The position numbers and the translations under genes were made by a program. A DNA stretch of 64,000 bases from contig JBCBUK010000001.1 in the NCBI GenBank assembly GCA_039818205.1, positions 256,001 to 320,000 of the forward strand, read 5' to 3'. The first letter of the stretch is position 1. Each line of letters starts with the position of its first letter. The notes below the pieces were generated by a model. It ran no database searches and was not told the origin of the DNA. It was given only the letters and a program-made list of their open reading frames with translations. Below, piece by piece: positions 58,713-64,000 of this stretch. The DNA is from Verrucomicrobiota bacterium. Lineage in GTDB: Bacteria > Verrucomicrobiota > Verrucomicrobiia > Opitutales > Cerasicoccaceae.

Positions 58713-59675
58713 ATGACTGCTATCCCTGGTGACCCCCAACAAGGTATTGCCACAGTAATTCTTTCTCTAGCGATCATTCCTGAAAAGACCCAGGAATTTA
58801 AGGAGTATCAAAACGGACTCAACGAACGGGTTCGCCGTTTTCCTGGGTATGCAAGCACGGAAGTTTTTCCTCCCCAAGCCGGCGTTCAGGATCAGTGGGT
58901 CGTAATTTATCGTTTTCGCGGTGTTGATAATCTTAAGGCTTGGCTGGATTCAACTGAGCGCCATGAGCTTTCGGACAAAATCGATGGCTTACTTGAGAAT
59001 GAGGCATCGGTTCAGATGCTGGTTGAACGTGAGAAGGTGAACGCGGTTACGGCGGTGTTCACCCACCGCGTTAAGCCCGGCTGCGAAGAGGCCTTTGGCA
59101 AATGGCGAAAACGAATCATCGAATATCAATCACACCTGGACTGGATCCTTGGTTCAGAAACCTATGAGCCTTACGGCGAGATCTCACCGGATTATGTCGA
59201 CGTCGTCCGGTTTGCTGATGCGGAAGCACTGAATCGATGGCTAAAATCACCTGAACGAAAGCGTTTCATGGACGAGCTTGAGCCGCTCTTAGATGATTTG
59301 AAAGTTCAACAGGTCAATGCTGGACTAGACGCTTGGTTTACGCGCGGAAATGAGCGGAAGGATGATGGGGCGCCGCCTTCATGGAAACAAGCGATGACCG
59401 TGTGGTTTGTCCTCTACCCCACCGTTATGCTACTCAGCTACTATTTCAACCCGTTGTTTGGCGACATCTCACTCTCGCTTATGATGTTAATTTCAAACGC
59501 TGCAAGTGTTGCTCTGTTAACTTGGGCTTTGATGACTCCGGTCAACAAAATGTTAGGTTTCTGGTTAATGCCTGCGAAGCCAAGTATTACCCGCGACGTA
59601 GGCGTTGCGGTGGGACTATTCGCCGGATTGATTGCGATGTATTTCCTATTCGCCGCGATTAATCCATTAAAGTAA
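58713..59675 (+). CDS. Tandem ABM (antibiotic biosynthesis monooxygenase-like) domain membrane protein
   Basis: Two dimeric alpha-beta-barrel-like repeats (FPGY...VIYRF...LKAWLDSTER; VVRF...LNRWLKSPER), then PPSWKQA and three TM helices. Probable start 58713 (ORF track 58611). Confidence 0.82.
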   Translation: MTAIPGDPQQGIATVILSLAIIPEKTQEFKEYQNGLNERVRRFPGYASTEVFPPQAGVQDQWVVIYRFRGVDNLKAWLDSTERHELSDKIDGLLENEASVQMLVEREKVNAVTAVFTHRVKPGCEEAFGKWRKRIIEYQSHLDWILGSETYEPYGEISPDYVDVVRFADAEALNRWLKSPERKRFMDELEPLLDDLKVQQVNAGLDAWFTRGNERKDDGAPPSWKQAMTVWFVLYPTVMLLSYYFNPLFGDISLSLMMLISNAASVALLTWALMTPVNKMLGFWLMPAKPSITRDVGVAVGLFAGLIAMYFLFAAINPLK

Positions 59676-59770
59676 CGGGTTTTGTATATACTCATTTACC
59701 CAATTCAATCTTCGGCTTCGGTGGTCGAATAGTTCAACCGGCGCAATCCCAACACCTATACCTTTTTCCC

Positions 59771-60748
59771 ATGACACCACTTGCTCCGCTTAGCCTTTTA
59801 GCGTCGGTTCTGACGATACTAATCAGCATTCCTACAATCGCATCTACTGAATCAAAGACTGCGAGTACGGCCAACCCGATGGAGGAATACGCTGGGATGA
59901 TCGACGCGCTACGTTCGGAAAAGGCGCAGGCGAACCTGTTGATGAAGCAGATCAACGATACTTTTCATCGTAACATCGATGAACTCTCCTATACCGTCGG
60001 CAATGAGACCTTTCCACTGATCATTATTCACTCGAATTCTTCCCACAAAGATAAAGGCACGTTCAACTATACGCTATACAAGAGAGATGGTTCCATTGAG
60101 TCCATCCCTGCTCATACACCAGAAGAAACGCACATAAAATATATAATCCATCATGTGCCAGCCATCCTCGCGATTGTCCTACCTGAGTTTCAAGACCATG
60201 AAGCTGACAACAACCCGGGTTGGATGACGGAACTACAGCAGTTGGACAACAAGATCGTCGCAATTGACTCATGTATCCATCAAACGGACATCTCCGAGCC
60301 GATCATCAAGATGCTCCAATCGGTGCTTGGAGAATCTCATTTATATATTCAAAACTGCCTCAAAGAACGAGTGGTCTCTGAAGAAGAATTCAACGCTTAT
60401 ACGAGCAAAATTAAACCCACGATCTTACAGATTCTAGGAGCAGCAACGAAGGGTTTTTCAGAACGAACGACAGCGGTCTTTGCTCGATGGCAAACTGAAG
60501 TCGGCGACGATGAATGGAAAAATGTTCAAGTTATTGTGCAGACTAGTTTGGCACTGCGTGTCCCCGAAGAGAACCCTTACCTTCAACCGCTACAGGCCTT
60601 TCTCGGTGAGACCTTCCGTGAGGACCAAATCATTATTACGACAAATACCGCCTTCACAGATGAGCAGTTGCGAGACGAGCTTGGCCATTACTTTGCGTCA
60701 AAGTTAGTCGCTAGCTTTATACTACCGACACATCCGGGCGAAAAATAG
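59771..60748 (+). CDS. Secreted hypothetical protein (mostly helical)
   Basis: Signal peptide and a 325-aa ORF co-oriented between the ABM gene and the porin; no recognised catalytic motif. Confidence 0.7.
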   Translation: MTPLAPLSLLASVLTILISIPTIASTESKTASTANPMEEYAGMIDALRSEKAQANLLMKQINDTFHRNIDELSYTVGNETFPLIIIHSNSSHKDKGTFNYTLYKRDGSIESIPAHTPEETHIKYIIHHVPAILAIVLPEFQDHEADNNPGWMTELQQLDNKIVAIDSCIHQTDISEPIIKMLQSVLGESHLYIQNCLKERVVSEEEFNAYTSKIKPTILQILGAATKGFSERTTAVFARWQTEVGDDEWKNVQVIVQTSLALRVPEENPYLQPLQAFLGETFREDQIIITTNTAFTDEQLRDELGHYFASKLVASFILPTHPGEK

Positions 60749-60810
60749 ATGCCAAAACACACACGGCTTTGGCAACCCCATTTAATTGAAGCTCTATAGC
60801 CTCCTACTTT

Positions 60811-62145
60811 TTGATGATGTTTCGGCAATTGCCCCTTCTAGTCAAAATTGCATGTCCGCTCTTCGCCGCGGGATCTCTCGCCGTCATTGCCGAAGCCACA
60901 GATCCACCCACAGAAACATCAACCTCGAGCGAGCTATCCCACCGTGCAATCAGCGGGAACACCGCAGCCGTCAATACCGTCGCTGGTACGGGGCAATTGG
61001 GCGAGTTAGTTGGTATGACGCCAGATACCGGCTTGCGGCTGGGCGGTGTCTTTCTCTCGGACTTCAACTGGCTGATCACCGGCGGCAAGGAACCTGGAAA
61101 AACCGGATGGAACTTTCTATTTATTCTCGATGGCCAAGTTGATCTGGAGAAGACCATAGGAATCCCTGGGGCAGGATTGGGGTCCCAATTCCTACTTTAT
61201 AAAGGACACGATATTAATGGCCAAGCTGGCACGATTTTAGGATACAATAGCCTAGAAGCGCTACCACCACTGAATAGAGCCGAGCTTTATCAACTGTGGT
61301 GGCGGCAGACATTCCTGAATGATAGCGTCATCGTGCGTCTCGGTAAAAGCGTTCCCACCGTCGATTTTACCAATGTGCTAACACCAATTCCCATAAACAA
61401 TGAGCCTTTCAAGGTGCCCGCATTGAGCGGATTGATCTACACTCCAGCCTTCATCAACCCAAGCATGCTCGGCGCAATCCCTGGCTATTATGACAGTGCC
61501 TGGGGAGTGACGCTGAACATTGTCCCACATGATCAATTCTATATCAATTGGGGGATCTACGATGGCTCGCTCGCATCCGGCTTCACGACTGGCAACCATG
61601 CCTTCCCCCGCTTTAATGGAACCTACTTTATGATCGCAGAAACCGGTGGCGCATGGAGTCTAAGTGAAGAGGGCTACTTTGGCCGTGCTGGCTTTGGCGG
61701 GTGGCAGCAAACGGGTGACCTCACGAACGGCACGATTACAGAAGACGGCACCTATGGATTCTACGGGTTTGCTTCTCAGGCGATTTGGCAGGATCTGAGC
61801 CACAAGAATGACACTCCAGGCAAGGGCATCATCGCATTCTTTCAATGGGGTATCAATGAGTCAGAAACCTTGCCCTTCAATGGCTACTTGGGCGCTGGCG
61901 CAACAGCGTTCGGTTTGGTACCCAACCGAGCACACGATACATTTGGATTTGGCGCGGCATATGGTTGGTTAAACCCGAACAATTTTCAACGCGATCACGA
62001 ACTGATGCTACAAACGTATTATCAAGCCCAGGTGACTGACTACCTATATGTCCAACCAGTGATCAGCTACATCCGAAATCCGGGCGCTTCACCCAGCTTC
62101 AGTGATGCCTGGGCGCTTAGTATGCGCGCCACACTTCTATTCTAG
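60811..62145 (+). CDS. OprB-family (carbohydrate-selective) porin
   Basis: Signal peptide, DLEKTIG, ELYQLWWRQ...RLGK, RAHDTFGFG, YYQAQV...VQP..SYIRNPG and terminal Phe. Confidence 0.85.
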   Translation: MMMFRQLPLLVKIACPLFAAGSLAVIAEATDPPTETSTSSELSHRAISGNTAAVNTVAGTGQLGELVGMTPDTGLRLGGVFLSDFNWLITGGKEPGKTGWNFLFILDGQVDLEKTIGIPGAGLGSQFLLYKGHDINGQAGTILGYNSLEALPPLNRAELYQLWWRQTFLNDSVIVRLGKSVPTVDFTNVLTPIPINNEPFKVPALSGLIYTPAFINPSMLGAIPGYYDSAWGVTLNIVPHDQFYINWGIYDGSLASGFTTGNHAFPRFNGTYFMIAETGGAWSLSEEGYFGRAGFGGWQQTGDLTNGTITEDGTYGFYGFASQAIWQDLSHKNDTPGKGIIAFFQWGINESETLPFNGYLGAGATAFGLVPNRAHDTFGFGAAYGWLNPNNFQRDHELMLQTYYQAQVTDYLYVQPVISYIRNPGASPSFSDAWALSMRATLLF

Positions 62146-62390
62146 GATATGTCCGAACCATACCCATCCGGACCCAAGGCGATAATGTCGTGTTCGGATC
62201 ACAAAATCAATTTCACCACTAGACGCCATTACAGTTGTAGACCAAGTACCAATCAGCAGTTAGTCGCCGGCTAGCGATTAACTAGAAAGTTCTACCGATG
62301 TGAGATATCACTCGACAGCCAAAATAGAAATGACTAAAAACTAATGGATATTCCGTCTAGCTATTTAAAACCTATACCCTATTTACTACC

Positions 62391-63800
62391 ATGCCCGAAT
62401 CCACGCCATCCTCTCATGCCATCCGCGGTTCCTTTTTTGATTTACTGGATAACCCCTGGGACCATGTCGGCAATGAAGCAGCCTCTGCACGGTTCATACC
62501 GGATGGTCTTCTGGTGGTTAAGGATGGTCTCATTATCGAGTTCGGGCCTTATAATGAACTATCGGCCAAACACGCTGATACGCCTACGACACACATCCAA
62601 GATCGACTCATTCTCCCTGGGTTTATTGATGGGCATATTCACTTTCCTCAAGTCCGCGTTCCTGGAGCCTATGGCAACCAGCTACTCGATTGGCTTCAAA
62701 ATTGGATTTTTCCCGAAGAGATCAAATACAAGGACCGCGCATATGCTGAGGAGGCTGCTGAACATTTTTACGAAGCGGTTCTGTCTGGAGGCACTACAAC
62801 GTTTCAGGCATTCACAACCAGTAGTCCGGTATCCGCTGACGTTCTCTTTGAGGGAGCGGAAAAACGTAACATGCGTATACTCACCGGGCTTACCGGAATT
62901 GACCGGTTTGCACCGGATTATTACGTCATCTCTCCAGATGATTTCTATGCAGGCTCGAAAGATTTGATTGAGAAGTGGCATCGCCGGGGGCGCAATCTGT
63001 ACGCCATCACACCTCGTTTTGCAGTTGGCTGCACCGATGACATGATGGAGCGCTGTGCACAACTTAAGCGAGAGTTCCCCGATTGCTGGGTAAACACGCA
63101 CATTTCAGAAAACCCCAGTGAGATCAAAACCTGCCATGCGAGTTTCCCCGATTGCAGCGATTACACTGCGGTCCATGAAAAGCATGGTTTGCTGGGCCCA
63201 AAATTTACGGCTGGCCATGGCGTTTGGCTTAGCAACGATGAGATGCGTCGTTTTTCAAAAGCTGGCGCAGCAGTTTGTTTTTGCCCGCTGAGCAATCTCT
63301 TTTTGGGCAGCGGCCTGTTTCGTCTTGGACGAGCTATGGACCCTGAGCATCCGGTACTCGTCAGTCTCGGTTGCGATGTGGGCGGCGGAAATGCGTTCAG
63401 CATTATTCGCGTCATGGAGGAAGCTTACAAGGTTGGTATGTGCAACAACACAATGCTTGATGGTTCTCTTAGCCCTCGGGACCAAGATCTTGCTGAATCT
63501 GAGCGCAACAAGCTATCCCCCTATCGTGCATTCTATCTCGCGACTCTCGGTGGCGCTCGTTCGCTCTATCTCGACGAGCAATTGGGTAATTTTGAGCCGG
63601 GTAAGGAGGCTGACTTCGTAGCCCTTGATTGGAAAGCCGGGCAATCGGCAATGGAATGGCACCAGTCGCTCATTACCGAATCCACACCACAGACGATGGA
63701 GGAGGCATCGGCGCTTCTCTTTGGAGTAATGGCTTGCGGTGACGACCGTAATATTGATCAGACCTGGATCGCGGGCAAGTGCTTGTATCAACAGTCATAA
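62391..63800 (+). CDS. guaD: Guanine deaminase (amidohydrolase superfamily)
   Basis: PGFIDGHIHFPQ, LLDWL...FPEE, YAITPRFA, THISEN, GHGVWL, CPLSNLFLGSGLF, CDVGGG, ATLGGA, GNFEPGKEADF. Confidence 0.92.
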   Translation: MPESTPSSHAIRGSFFDLLDNPWDHVGNEAASARFIPDGLLVVKDGLIIEFGPYNELSAKHADTPTTHIQDRLILPGFIDGHIHFPQVRVPGAYGNQLLDWLQNWIFPEEIKYKDRAYAEEAAEHFYEAVLSGGTTTFQAFTTSSPVSADVLFEGAEKRNMRILTGLTGIDRFAPDYYVISPDDFYAGSKDLIEKWHRRGRNLYAITPRFAVGCTDDMMERCAQLKREFPDCWVNTHISENPSEIKTCHASFPDCSDYTAVHEKHGLLGPKFTAGHGVWLSNDEMRRFSKAGAAVCFCPLSNLFLGSGLFRLGRAMDPEHPVLVSLGCDVGGGNAFSIIRVMEEAYKVGMCNNTMLDGSLSPRDQDLAESERNKLSPYRAFYLATLGGARSLYLDEQLGNFEPGKEADFVALDWKAGQSAMEWHQSLITESTPQTMEEASALLFGVMACGDDRNIDQTWIAGKCLYQQS

Positions 63801-64000
63801 GTGGGTGTGGGCTTCGATCTATTTAAATCAGAGAGCCTAACAGTTTCTTTTGATGTTTGATACATTTGTGGCTTGGTGGACTGTGACGATGGCGCGCACG
63901 GCAATTTCCTAGTTTCAGAGGAAACGTTGTGCCCATGGTGTCTCGCGTGCGAAAGATTTCGAAACAGCCCGGCTCGGCCCCCAGAAGCGCAACCAGTGGC

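Overview
Bacterial chromosomal window, most consistent with a marine Verrucomicrobiota (Opitutales/Puniceicoccaceae-like) genome. The basis is the PVC-type LepB, a PEP-CTERM protein, 'WAxxDP' helical-repeat proteins and secreted proteins carrying an 'SxDLxxW...FxR' module; the taxonomy is inferred, not searched. Bases 1-37 kb are mostly housekeeping: 5' part of a photolyase, sucCD, rph, lpdA, glnD plus a GAF kinase, mazG, hemG, an MscK-like channel, valS, lepB-lepA-fabD, pilT, dapA-dapB-ruvA and an ECF sigma/anti-sigma pair. Bases 37-43 kb hold a small algal-polysaccharide locus (GH105/88, SASA esterase, multi-domain GH16). A tRNA-His at 44.5 kb is followed by an accessory, island-like region with no visible integrase. 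It carries an Ig-repeat surface protein, AraC plus YbhB, an orphan Imm11-like gene and a compact uncharacterised cassette. That cassette comprises a serine hydrolase with an inserted GSGY-repeat domain, a 2,000-aa glycine-rich autotransporter-like passenger ending in PEP-CTERM, a tandem-ABM membrane protein, a secreted unknown protein, an OprB porin and a guanine deaminase. It is the best candidate here for an undescribed system. All assignments come from motif recognition by eye; no searches were run.
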